A stretch of 64,000 nucleotides of DNA, taken from the human T2T-CHM13v2.0 reference genome, Homo sapiens. Where the stretch lies: the NCBI RefSeq assembly GCF_009914755.1, contig NC_060926.1; one strand, 5' to 3'. The notes below the pieces were generated by a model. It had not been told where the DNA came from. It ran no database searches and saw nothing but the letters and a program-made list of their open reading frames with translations. Made by a program: the position numbers and the translations under genes. Positions 16,799 through 31,785 of the stretch are shown here, in pieces. Positions within the stretch are counted from its first letter, which is position 1, and every line of letters starts with the position of its first letter.

Positions 16799-17689
16799 TG
16801 TAGATTAATTAATTAAATACTGAGGAATATTCTGATATTCCTGCAGACATATCGCCCTTACTTCCTCTCTCCCTCTCTCCCACAATCCTCTTCATCCCCA
16901 CAGTGAGATTTATTCTCTTAATATTCAATGCATATACACAAAATATGAAGATTACATAGACCATTTGTTAACCTCCTAGAAATCAGCTCTATTTTGTTGT
17001 AGAATTACATATAGTGTCCTGGACTTGCAAAGAAATATGGAAAATTTATTGAATCTCTGATCCAACGCAGCAAAGAGACCCCAACACAACTCTTCAGGCT
17101 TTTCATTTCAGCCATACAATCAATCTGTCTGATTTGGTTTCCCTCGTTACTGAGCCAAATTTTCATTTAAAGGAGTTGAGCAATTATTTGTTCACTACAT
17201 AGACACAGGCTTGGGCTATGATCTTAGTAGTCGATAATGCAGAATCTCAATTTTCCTATATGAAGAATGGCACAACATAAAAAGGGCAAATTTCTGGGTA
17301 TCTGATTTTTCTTCCAGCTTATCTGTATCTAGAACTATCATAAATTGTGTCAATCCCCTTTTCTTCAATACTTGCAGGTTTCCAGTCATTGAAATTGAAA
17401 TGATTCATTTGATGCCCAATCTGTCCGTATCATAATCATTTCCATGAGTTTGTATTATTTTCTAAAAGTAAAGGGTTCTCTAAATGAGAGAATCTTCAAT
17501 TCTTTACGCTATAATTTTTATATTATAAAATAGAAACATCTGTCCAGTACATAAAGGAAGTTAATAAAATATTTTAAAAAGAAAAAAATTACTTATGGTA
17601 AAATTGCTACAGAACTATGAATTTTAAATATTTTATAGAGATAAGAAACAACAAGTTATAGAAATTTGGAAATCAGAACTGGTATTTAA

Positions 17690-17830
17690 TTTCCAGATAC
17701 ATAACTTTAATGGTTGCATGGCTTTAGATAAATGCTTTACCCAAGTTCTCAGTTTTCCCCTTCTGTAGAACAGTGACAGTAATTTACCTGCATCATATAG
17801 TTCTAAGAATAAGAGGAGTTATAATTTATG
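17690..17830 (+). mobile_element. MIR fragment
   Basis: gcatggctttagataaatgcttta...ctcagttttccccttctgtagaa MIR core-like. Confidence 0.5.
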
Positions 17831-18080
17831 TTCAGAAATTAAGTGTGCTTTTTTGGTATCTAATTATCCAGAGTGCTTGTGGTCACAATGTTAGACTCAT
17901 TCCAATAAAAAAGACATGTGTCTAGCATGTTTTGAGAAAGGCACTGAGTTCTCTATCTTCCAAATGATCCCTTGTGCCATACATCTTGTATATAATTCAC
18001 AAAATACCTAAAGGAACCCACCTCTAACTGGAGTACAGATTTGAACTCTGCTTAAATCTGGTGCCTGAGTGGGCAATGAC

Positions 18081-18245
18081 ATGTGTGTGTGTGTATATAT
18101 GTAAATACATATATACAAACATATATACATATAAACATACATACATATAAACATATATATCATATATATGATACATTTGTAATGTATATTTATAAACATA
18201 CATGCATATATGTATACATATACATGTGTCTAAGCATGTGCATAT
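18081..18245. repeat. (TG)n/(TA/CA)n low-complexity microsatellite
   Basis: Direct reading. Confidence 0.85.
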
Positions 18246-19021
18246 CTTCAAGTTCCAAAGCACTGACATCTCAATTTAACTCCCAATATCTATTTAATTT
18301 ATGCTATTTTATTCTCAAATTCATGTTAACGATTATTGGAAACAAAACAACATGACAGTCTCTTTGATATTTACTAGATATATTTTCTTATTTACTGAAC
18401 ATAAGTTTTTCATTTCTAGTGTAACATCTTTTTAATCTTACTGCATGTCTTAAGTAAATCATCCAGTGTGTCAGGAATATTGGAAGAGGTTGCTAAGTTT
18501 TTATGTGCTGAGTTGGATCCATGTAAGTAATATACTAGAATCATTCTGGCCATGGAAGTGAGCTTTTTGCTCAATGAACTGGATACTTGCCTTAACTTAC
18601 CTATTTTTTAAATAAATAGGCTTTATATTAGTTAGAGGAGTAGAGTCTTTTTGCATTTCCATTTTTAGTGCTAAAACACAGAAAATAGCCATGATATGGC
18701 AAGAGATATGAAGTAGTTCTCCACATAATTCATACAATATAGTGAACTAAGGGATATATTTAAATTTACTGAATGGGAAATTAGATCACGACTCAACATT
18801 TAATCAGAATAGATGATTGTTGTACAATGCCCAGATGCACATGAGATGTGCCTATTTCATTATGAAACCAGAATAAGAAAGGTAGAGTGAGCTGCAGATT
18901 GTCCAGAAGTATCCACGAGAGAATTGTTTTATTGTTTAATTGTTAGATGAGTTAACATTTTAAATAACCTTGATTTGTCTGAGGCAGGTAAAATAAGATA
19001 TGCTCCTTCCTCTGCTTACAG

Positions 19022-22173
<3,152 letters not shown>

Positions 22174-22269
22174 GCTTAGAAAGTATATTTTGAAAACATT
22201 TTTTAAAAGTTTGTTGCTGCTATGGAATGGGTCTTTCTAAACAAACGCAATTTAAAACACACTAATTGC

Positions 22270-22720
22270 TTTTGTTGGTCTTAAAATAGACCAAAATCTT
22301 TAACGTGGTTTAATATGACTCAACTCGACCTGGCCCCTGCTTCCCTCCAGCCTTGTCTCTACCATTCTTTCTTACTTTTCAGACTCCAGCCAGCCAAAAA
22401 ACATGTTTTCAGTCAGTTGTATTGAACCTGTTCCCTCTTGATAGTGGACACATCCTGATTCCTTCTATCTGAAATGCTTCACTGTTTGCCTAGCTAACTG
22501 CTATCCTTTAGACTCAGTCAAATATTGTTTCCCATGTCAAGCCTTTCCAAAACTTCCAGAGCATCATAAAACTTATTTGAAATTTGAAAAATATATTTGT
22601 AGGATTACCTGGTTACTCTATTTTCCTCACTAGAGCATGCGATCTCTTCTCTCTCATACATATGTCACTAATAGCCTACTTTATAATATCTGACATAAAA
22701 GTGGGTGAAGTGGGTGTTCG
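22270..22720. mobile_element. L2 fragment
   Basis: cctggcccctgcttccctccagcc...actccagcc...cctcactagagc, L2-like. Confidence 0.45.
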
Positions 22721-22789
22721 GTACAATTAGTTAAACATATTAAGTATAATATACAAAGAAGCCAGGCTCCAAAGTCCACATGTGTTAAG

Positions 22790-23046
22790 AATTTTACTCA
22801 TATGAGATGCTCAGAAAAGGCAAATCTATGGAAGAGGAAAGCAGACTAGTGTTTACCTAGGACTGAGAGTGGGAAAGGGAATGGGGATAAACTGTTAACT
22901 GGCATGAGGGATCTTACCAGAATAAGCAAAATGTTCTAAAACTAGATTATAGTGACGGTTGCAGGACTCAGAAAATTTACTACAAATCATTAAATTGTAC
23001 ACTTAAAATGGGTGAATTTTATGATATGTAAATTATTCATCAATAA
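22790..23046 (+). mobile_element. L1MB/MC 3' end fragment
   Basis: aggcaaatctatggaagag...ttctaaaactagattatagtg...aattgtacacttaaaatgggtgaattttatg. Confidence 0.75.
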
Positions 23047-23079
23047 TGATCTTTAGTTTGGTGTAGTCTGGCTTTTTTA

Positions 23080-23605
23080 TTAGCCATGACAGAAACCTAC
23101 TTAGGAAAGATTCCTTTATGTCCACCTGTAATGACCCATGTGAGTACTTTCACAGATTCCCTCAGACCTTCTAATTCATTTCTATGTGCCTCTTCATGGC
23201 TTCTTTGGGTCTTTGCCTTAACAGCCTGCATCACAGGCTTTCTTTGGAATGCCATCCTGGACTACTGAAACCACCTTCCCCATTTATCAGAGAGACTGGA
23301 GTGACTGCGGTTTTTGGATCTCCAGGGTGGGTCTTAGCCAATTAATAGCTGCTGCAGGAGGATGGAGAGCAAGCTTCCTTAACTTTATGGGGAACAAACT
23401 CTGAGCAGTAATGCCTGCTCCTGATAAGGCTGATGGCATCTTTTCAGTATTTTTGTCTGGAAATGCACATTCTCAGCATGTTTTCCTTCCCTTTTTTGCT
23501 TTGTGGATGTAAGATTAGTCAGGTTCTGGGAGCTCTTCTTTAATAAATTCCTTGCTCAAGAACCTGCACCTCAGGGTCTGTTTCTGGCAGGACTTGACCC
23601 AAGAT
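23080..23605 (+). mobile_element. ERVL LTR (LTR16-like)
   Basis: Terminus aataaattccttgctcaagaacctgcacctcagggtctgtttctggcaggacttgacccaagat. Confidence 0.5.
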
Positions 23606-23821
23606 GCTGACCCTTCCAGGAGCACCTGTTTTGATGTTGCAAACTTTCAAAAATAATTGTGAGAAATTTACTATTATCCTAGTATTTCATATTCTTTTTT
23701 TACAAGTCCCAGACTTCACATATTCTGTAATTGCTGAGGATGCCCTGAAAGGTTCTTCCTGCCCTTTTTCCCTTACATACATTTAGATCTAGCCTAGACA
23801 TTATCTTGACTCAAGAAGTAG

Positions 23822-23987
23822 GGCTGGACACAGTGGCTCATGGCTGTAACCCTAGCCCTTTGAGGGGCTAAGGTGAGAGTGTCAGGAGTTTAATGCTACA
23901 GTGGGCTATGTTCACACCACTGCACTCCAGCCTGGGTGACAGAGCAAGACCCCACCTCTATTAAAATAAAATAAAATAAAATAAAAA
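23822..23987 (+). mobile_element. Monomeric Alu (FAM/FRAM-like)
   Basis: Single arm with (TAAAA)n tail. Confidence 0.75.
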
Positions 23988-24734
23988 ATTTAAAGCCTCC
24001 CTCTTAAATTCTAATATAAATTGAGTATTTCACCTCTGACTACATAGTATCCTGTGCTTGTATATTTATAGCATTTAATTCACTTCATAAAAATTCCCTC
24101 TTTATTCTTGATCTTTCCTTCTCAACTGTGCAAATCTGAGAGCAGAGATTTTATCTTTTATTTTCAGCTTCCTCATGCCTAGTATAACATATAGAAGGTA
24201 TGTGATTAATACTTATTGATTCAAAATAATTGAGTAATCTATATTTATTAATATGGAATGCTGTGTAATATATAACTATAAATTTCAGAAAGTTGCAGAG
24301 CCATTTATACATATAAATTTTCTTATATAGTTATCTATTATATATACGTATTTGAAAAATAAGCACTAGTGTCTATGTCTGTGTATTGGAGGGCATTTAT
24401 GATTTATAATCCATAATTTAACCTTATGTCATAATTTTACCCAAGCAAATAGTTAATGCAATGTAAGAAATAAAGAAGAAAAACATGCAAGGAGGGAGCT
24501 TGAGAACTGATAGTGTTTATGAATTACCAGAACAGGGAATATTGTTTTAGTTGTGGTTGTTGTTGTTGTTGTTGATATTGTTCTTGTCAATATTAATGTT
24601 GTTCTGCTACAGGAGAAGCAAGGTTATGTTCAGTATCAGTTATATTCCGACATGTACATTCAGTATTACTCATATCCTGACATGTACTGCCTTTTCAGCT
24701 TACACATAAGCTGAAAGAAGCCACATTGTTTGGC

Positions 24735-24965
24735 TATTATTAGGATTTATAGCACTGTAGAATTATTATAGTTAACAATAATATATTAAATAGTTTTAAG
24801 TAGCTAGAAGAATATTGAACATTTCCAACACAAAAAAGATAAATATTTAAAATGATGGATATACTAATTATCCTCATCAGATCACTGTACATTATGTGTA
24901 TTGAGACATCACTATAAACCTCACGGATATGTACAATTATTAGTTGTCAATTAAAAAATAAAATA
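24735..24965 (+). mobile_element. L1MA 3' end; its A-tail is the DHFR retrocopy insertion site
   Basis: tagctagaagaatattgaac...gatggatatactaattatcct...tgtcaattaaaaaataaaa. Confidence 0.75.
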
Positions 24966-25028
24966 GGCCAATCTTGGCCGTGCATCTTGGTGTAGTGAGC
25001 AGGCTCGGAGGTGCTCATCGCTGCTGTC

Positions 25029-25591
25029 ATGGTTAGTTTGCTAAACTGCGTCGTCACTGTGTCCCCCCAGAACATGGGCATCGGCAAGAACGAGGACCTG
25101 CCCTGGCCACCGCTCAGGAATGAATTCAGGTATTTCCAGAGAGTGACCACAACCTCCTCAGTAGAAGGTAAACAGAATTTGGTGATTATGGGTAGGAAGA
25201 TCTGGTTCTCCATTCCTGAGAAGAATCGACCTTTAAAGAATAGAATTAATTTAGTTCTCAGGAGGGACCACAAGAACCTCCACAAGGAGATCAATTTCTT
25301 GCAAGAAGTCTGGATGATGCCTTAAAACTTAATAACCAGAATTAGCAAATAAAGTAGACGTGATTTGGATAGTTGGTGGTAGTTCTATTTTATAAGGAAT
25401 CCATGAATCACTCAAGCAGTCTTAAACTATTTGTCACAAGGATCATACAGGACTTTGAAAGTGACACGTTTTTTCCAGAAATTGATTTGGAGAAATATAA
25501 ATTTCTGCCAGAATACCCAGGTGTTTTCTTTGATGTCCAGGAGGAGAAAGGCATTAAGTACAAATTTGAAGTACATGAGAAGAATGATTAA
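25029..25591 (+). pseudogene. DHFR: Disrupted DHFR coding region
   Basis: [33 protein letters not shown]...[16 protein letters not shown]...KFEVHEKND*; +3 nt (Pro), -1 (~25274), -4 (~25332), +1 (~25388) relative to the recalled 564-nt CDS, giving 563 nt. Confidence 0.95.
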
Positions 25592-26473
25592 TATGAAGGT
25601 GTTTTCTGGTTTAAGTTGTTCCCCCTCCCTCTGAAAAAAGTAGGTATTTTTAAATTAGAAAAAAAATACTTATGTTGACTTTAAATCTACGGATAATTAT
25701 TTCTAAGCAATGTGTTCTTATTCCCCAGTAACCTACACTATATCTGATACCATTTATGAAACATTCTTGCTGTAACTAAGTGCCTCCCCAAGACCCTGAC
25801 TGAGTCCCCAGCATGTGCTACAGTGAGCTGCCATTCCACAACCTTCACATGTGGCACTCTTGCCAGTCCTTGACATTTTCGGGCTTTTCAAATGTCGGTA
25901 GTGTTTATTAAAGATGAAGATGCACATACCCTTCCACTGAGCAGTTTCACTAGTGGGAAATACCAAAAACTTCCTGTGTGTGTATCCAGAGGTTTGTAGA
26001 CAAATGTTGCAGGCTTGTTTGTAACAGTGAAAAAATTGAAAACAACCTGGAAGTCCAGTGATTGAAAAATGAATATATTTCTGTCTCAGACTGGGGAACC
26101 CAAAGCAGATTCCAAGACTGAAATTTCAGTGAAAGCAGTTTACTTGCTAGGTCTTACCAGAAATCATCAATTGAGGTATGGAGAAATGGAACTGAGAAGG
26201 TAAGGAAACCAGTTTAAAGTCAGTAAGCAGGTTCTCATTGGTAACAAGCTCCATACTGCTGAGATACAGGGAAACCGAGGGGAGAAAGCTGGAGTATTTA
26301 TCAGCCACTCCTTGGTTGTCAGCTCCCTGTCCTGCAAGTGGCGGGAAAGTATTCCAGCTGCGCTATAGCAAGTCCCAAGTGTTTGCAATAAGAAGCTGCT
26401 GGCATGCACGGGAATAGTGAATGCCAAACACTTAAAGCAATTCCATGTTTAAGTATGTAAGCTCTTCATACTA

Positions 26474-26766
26474 TTTTTTTTTTTCAGACAGAGCATCACT
26501 TTTGTTCCCCAGGCAGACTGCAGTGGCACGATTTCAGCTCACTGCAGCCTCCTCTTTCCTGGGTTCAAGTGATTCTCCTGCCTCAGGCTCCCAAGTAGCT
26601 GGGACTACAGGCGCGGGCCACCATGCCTAGCTGATTTTGTGTTTTTGGTGGGGATGGGATTTCACGGTGTCGGTCAGTCTAGTGTCAAACCCCTGACCTC
26701 AAGTGATCTGCCTGTCTCGGCCTCCCAGAATGCTGGGATTACAGGCAAGAGCCACCGCACTCGGCA
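26474..26766 (-). mobile_element. Antisense AluS within the DHFR 3'UTR copy
   Basis: Poly(T) plus antisense Alu; cluster of A>G changes on the + strand. Confidence 0.92.
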
Positions 26767-27056
26767 GATCTTCATAATTTTTGTGTAGTAAAAAGTATAA
26801 AGTCACACATGGTTTCTTTGAAATAGTTTATAATTTAAAAAAATACAAAAGCAGGAAAACCAATTCTAATTTCAAGTGAGGGATGATGGTAGTTTGAACC
26901 AAAGGGCTGCATGTAGTATGAAATTGTGATTTAAGATATATTTTAAAGCTGGAAGTAGCAGGATATTCTGATGGAGTTTAACTTTGGTTTTGAGCCCACT
27001 GAGTCTGAGATGCCTTTGAGAAATGAAGGAAGTAGAGAGAGAATACAAGAAAAACT

Positions 27057-27328
27057 GGCCGGGCACAGTGGCTCACCCTGTAATCCCTGCACTTTGGTAG
27101 GCTGAGGCAGGCAGATCACTTGAGACCAGCTTGGGCAACATGGTGAGCCCCATCTCTACAAAAAGTACAAAAATTAGCTGGGCATTGTAGCACACACCTG
27201 TAGTCCCATATGCTAGGGGAACTGAGATGGAAGGAACAACTGAGCCCTCGAGTTCAAGGCTGCAGTGAGTCGTGATTTTGCCACTGCACTCCATCCTGGG
27301 TGACAGAAGAGACCCTGTCTCAAAAAAG
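27057..27328 (+). mobile_element. Sense AluJ within the DHFR 3'UTR copy (inverted partner of 26474-26766)
   Basis: ggccgggcacagtggctca...gagttcaaggctgcagtgag...gtctcaaaaaa. Confidence 0.9.
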
Positions 27329-27627
27329 AATCTGAAAACAATGGAACCATGCCTTCAGAATTCTAGAAAGAAAGTTATTGTCAACTGATAAATCTATTCA
27401 GCCAAATAATCAAGGGTGAAGGTGAAATAATACATTTTTAGACAAGCAAAGACTCGGGTTATCTCCATGTACCCTTTCTTGGGAAGCTAATGGAGAAAAT
27501 GCTCCAGCAAAATGAAGGAGTACACAAACCAGAGAATGACATGGATCCAGCAAATAGCATCCAACACAGGCAATATTTCAGCTATGGAGCTGGCTTTAAA
27601 AAGAAGCAGTAAAAATATTAATAGGTT

Positions 27628-27752
27628 AGCTGGGTGGAATGGCCCATGATTATAGTCTCAGCTACTCAGGAGGCTAAGCAAGAGGATGGCTTGAGCCTAA
27701 GAGTTCCAGACCAGCCTGGCCACCATAGAGAGATGTCTTCTCTTAAAAATAA
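27628..27752 (+). mobile_element. FLAM-like Alu monomer within the DHFR 3'UTR copy
   Basis: agctgggtggaatggcccatg...ttgagcctaagagttccagaccagcctgg. Confidence 0.7.
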
Positions 27753-29214
27753 TAATAGGTTATTGCCAGATTAGGGGCATTTGGGAAGAAGTTCATTGAA
27801 GATAATGCAAAGGTAAAAAAGTAAGGGGGAAGTGTTAGTTAGGCAATCATTAATTCTAGGGCAGAAAGAAGTACAGGATAGGAAGTAAGAGCATAATACA
27901 CTGTTTTTCTCAACAGTGAGCAATATGTACATAGTCATAATGATGTGGTGACTGCTTAGGCCCTAAATCTGGTAACTACTTTGGGACAATATGGGAAGAA
28001 AGGTGAAGATAATGATGGTGTAGAAGCTAAATCCTCATCTGTCATATCAAGAAATCACTATATAATGTATAAAATAATCAAGAAATGACTAAGTAGTTAT
28101 GTAAGGAAAAAAATAGAAGACGTTGCTAAAAGAGTTAAAAGTCATTGCTCTGGAGGATTAGGAGGGATGGGGCAGGGGACTGCTAGGATGTATTATAAAC
28201 TGAAGAGTCTTTTTAAAATTACAAGTATCAATATATGCATTCACTTGAAAAACTAAAAAAATAATAATTTGGAAAAACTCATGAAAGTAACTACCAGAAG
28301 GAAAAACTAAGAGAATGAAAAGTGCTTGCCTCGGGAAAGAACAACTGCCAGGACTATTGTTTTCATTGTAAGACTTTTGGATCCATTTGATTCATTTGCA
28401 TACATTTCTTTAATGAAAATAATTCTACCTTAATAAAAAGTTACCCTCATTCAAAAAAATAAAAATAAAAAATAAAGTCAGTTCAAAAATGTTTCAGACA
28501 ATTATCAGGCCTCAGCAAGTAGAAATAAATAAATATACAGTCATTCTTCATCGGCTGAAAATCATATCATGGCTGTAGAATGGTATGTGAATTTTTATTT
28601 TCATTCTCTGGGTATGGCAGTAGATATAAGACAGGCCATTTGGCACACATTGAGAGATGTGTGTGCATATATGCATGTGCTATTTCATGCACACATTTAA
28701 AAACGTAATATCATTTGTAACTTTGAGGAGTCTAGTTGGTTGCTATATGAGTAATCATTATGTTGTTCTATATCTATTAATATTGTTGATCATCACCAGT
28801 CTGAAAGAAGCTAACATAAAATCACAAAATGCCATGAAGCTGAGAACTAGTGACCCCAGGAGGAAACGAACTGACTAATGGCAAAATCTTCAGAGTTATG
28901 CCTAAAATCCTCATTCTCATGAAATGCTCTCTTTTAGAACATTTCATTTGGGACACATATGGCTTCACCAGATAAACCTTTTTACTTTACACTTTGGACG
29001 GTCAACCCACAGATGTCACATTTCCAACACCACTGAATTCTCTGAAAATAATAATAATACAAAAAGGTAAAGGGAAAGAATTTGTCACTTTGACTTGGCA
29101 GACTAAATGATGTAGATCTCAGGAGGCTGGCACTGAAGATTTTCCTCTTGGGTGCTAAACTGCAGCATAAGAAAGAAATCAACAGATAATTCAATAGAAA
29201 TTGTAGTATTCGTC

Positions 29215-29465
29215 CTTTGTTTTTTTCCTTCCCTTTTTCTGTTTTATCTTTCTCTTTTTTTTCTTTTATTTTCTGTCCTCCTTCTCCAACTTTTTCTTCA
29301 TCTGATTTCTTCTTTTCTCCATTTTTTATTCCCTCTTCCTTCTCACTTCCATTCTTCCTCCTTCCCATTTTTCAGCCTTCCTTTCTTCCCTCCTTTCTTC
29401 CTTTTCTTGTCTCCTCCTACCTTCCTTCTTTTTCTCCTCCTCCTCCTTCTTCCTCATCATCTTCT
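29215..29465. repeat. CT-rich low-complexity tract
   Basis: Direct reading. Confidence 0.85.
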
Positions 29466-29536
29466 GGTTTGTACTATTGAAAACTTTGCATTAAAACTTT
29501 GCATTATTAACACATTATTAACATTATTAAGACAAT

Positions 29537-29730
29537 GAGACCCTTCTCTAAAAAAAAAAAATTAGCCAGATGTGGTGGCACACACTTGGGAGGCTGAGGC
29601 AGGAGGGAAGCTGAGGCAGGAGGATCACTTGAGCCCAGGAGTTCAAGGCTGCAGTAAGCTGTGATTGCACCACTGTACTACAGCCTGGGTGACAGAGTAA
29701 GTACCTTGTCTCAATAAAAACAAACAAAAC
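29537..29730 (+). mobile_element. 5'-truncated AluJ
   Basis: ggaggatcacttgagcccaggagttcaaggctgcagt; internal 17-bp duplication. Confidence 0.85.
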
Positions 29731-30429
29731 ATTTGTATTTCTGAGGAAACATTCAGACAGCAAACCATGACTTGAGAAAGGATATTATCTTATAGGGCAA
29801 AACTCATTCTAATTTAGAAAATTTAAGACGAAAAATTATTTCACTTAAGAGAAAGTGTGAGAAATAGATCATTAAACAACATATGACTTGTCATTAATTT
29901 GGTAACTTCACTGAAATAGCAGTGAGTATAATTAATACAGTTGATTCAAGGGGCCAATGGTTCTCTATTCAAACTTCTGTATATTTAAAAATATATAAAC
30001 TTTGATTGCATATCAAATCTGTGGTTAAAATATCTTGAGTTGGCCAATGATATATTTTAAAACTTCCATGAATTATTGTACGTTAGTACATTCCTTATTT
30101 TAAAAATGATAGACTTCATGTGCTGTATTTCTCAAATGAAGGCGAAGAACACCTACGTTGTTCTCAATGTTTTATTTCAATACTTAAGGTATCCAGGACA
30201 TAATAAGTCTTTCTTCTAAAATTAAGTAAACTGAGAAGGTTCTTCATTCTAATTCTACTTCTCTGACTCATTTGTTCAAGAATAGAACTCTTGGGACAGC
30301 CAAACCTGATTCTCTTTTTATTTCCTCCAAAGGCACTTCTCTAACCAACTGTATTCCACCTTAAGGGAATCATTGCTTATCCAGAGTCCTCGTATGACCT
30401 GTTGACAGTGGTTTAAATATATCCATTCA

Positions 30430-30990
<561 letters not shown>

Positions 30991-31648
30991 CAGGTCATTT
31001 TTGAACAGCTATTATATGGTTCTGGCATCTATCAGAAAAAATAAATATATATAATAAGGCACAGCCTCTGCCTTTAAGAACAAACCATAATCTAGTTAGA
31101 AAGCATAGCTCTAAACATAAACTTGGTGCCATATAACTGACTAGGCTGATGATAATGACAGGGAGAAGTAACTCAGTTATGTGATTCCAAAACAATTAGT
31201 CAACAGCAGCATATGATTGCCTGTTCAGAAGTAGAGTGGAATCGACGTCCACGGAAGGGAAAATGTGTTAAGCATGGAGGTGGTCCATGAAGGATAGATG
31301 GGTGAGAGCGGGTGTGGTTAAGAAAGCATTGACAACATTTTAAAATGGAAAAAATAAAAAAACAAGAAACACCCGTATCTGGGCTTTATGATTGGTTTTC
31401 CCCTACACTATGGTCTCCTTCAGAGCAGAGAAAATGCCCATGCTTCCTACTGTATGCGCCACGCTTTTTGGCATATAGCAGAAGAGTAATGAACATCTGT
31501 CAATTGTACATATGAAATTAATTGAGAAGAGATGATTTGGCTGTAATGATTAATTGGATGAAGGATAAATTTATTTGGAGAAATAATAAAATGACTAACT
31601 ATGTACTGAGATGATAAGAATAACATTTTGGGGGTAAGCTTGATTAAT

Positions 31649-31785
31649 ATTTGTATCTAGTTACCTATTGTATCTAGTTACGTATCTATCACATGTATCT
31701 AGTTACCTATATTGTATCTAGTTACCTATCTATTGTATTGTATTGTACCTAATGTTGTATCTAGTTACCTATCTATCACATGTAT
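31649..31785. repeat. Irregular tandem repeat of TGTATCTAGTTACCTAT (~5 copies)
   Basis: Copies near 31652, 31669, 31694, 31713 and 31756. Confidence 0.85.

Larger units (their letters stand above)
24967..28476 (+). pseudogene. DHFR: Processed (intronless) dihydrofolate reductase pseudogene copied from the long-3'UTR mRNA
   Basis: DHFR 5'UTR (ggctcggaggt...gctgctgtcATG), intronless CDS, ~2.9-kb 3'UTR, AATAAA 28432-28437, poly(A) from 28453, A-rich degenerate TSD at a TT/AAAA site (24951). Which numbered pseudogene it is (DHFRP3 is a guess) is not established. Confidence 0.96.

Noticed and set aside
25011-25634. Functional DHFR gene, or the retrogene DHFR2 / DHFRP1
   Set aside because: Three frameshifts break the CDS. 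As recalled, DHFR2 has an intact ORF with LPRPP (here LPWPP) and DHFRP1 is near-identical to the parent.
28982-29538. Lys/Glu-rich and Phe/Leu-rich ORFs (also 44558-45068 and 59555-59811)
   Set aside because: Stop-free reading through purine or pyrimidine simple repeats.
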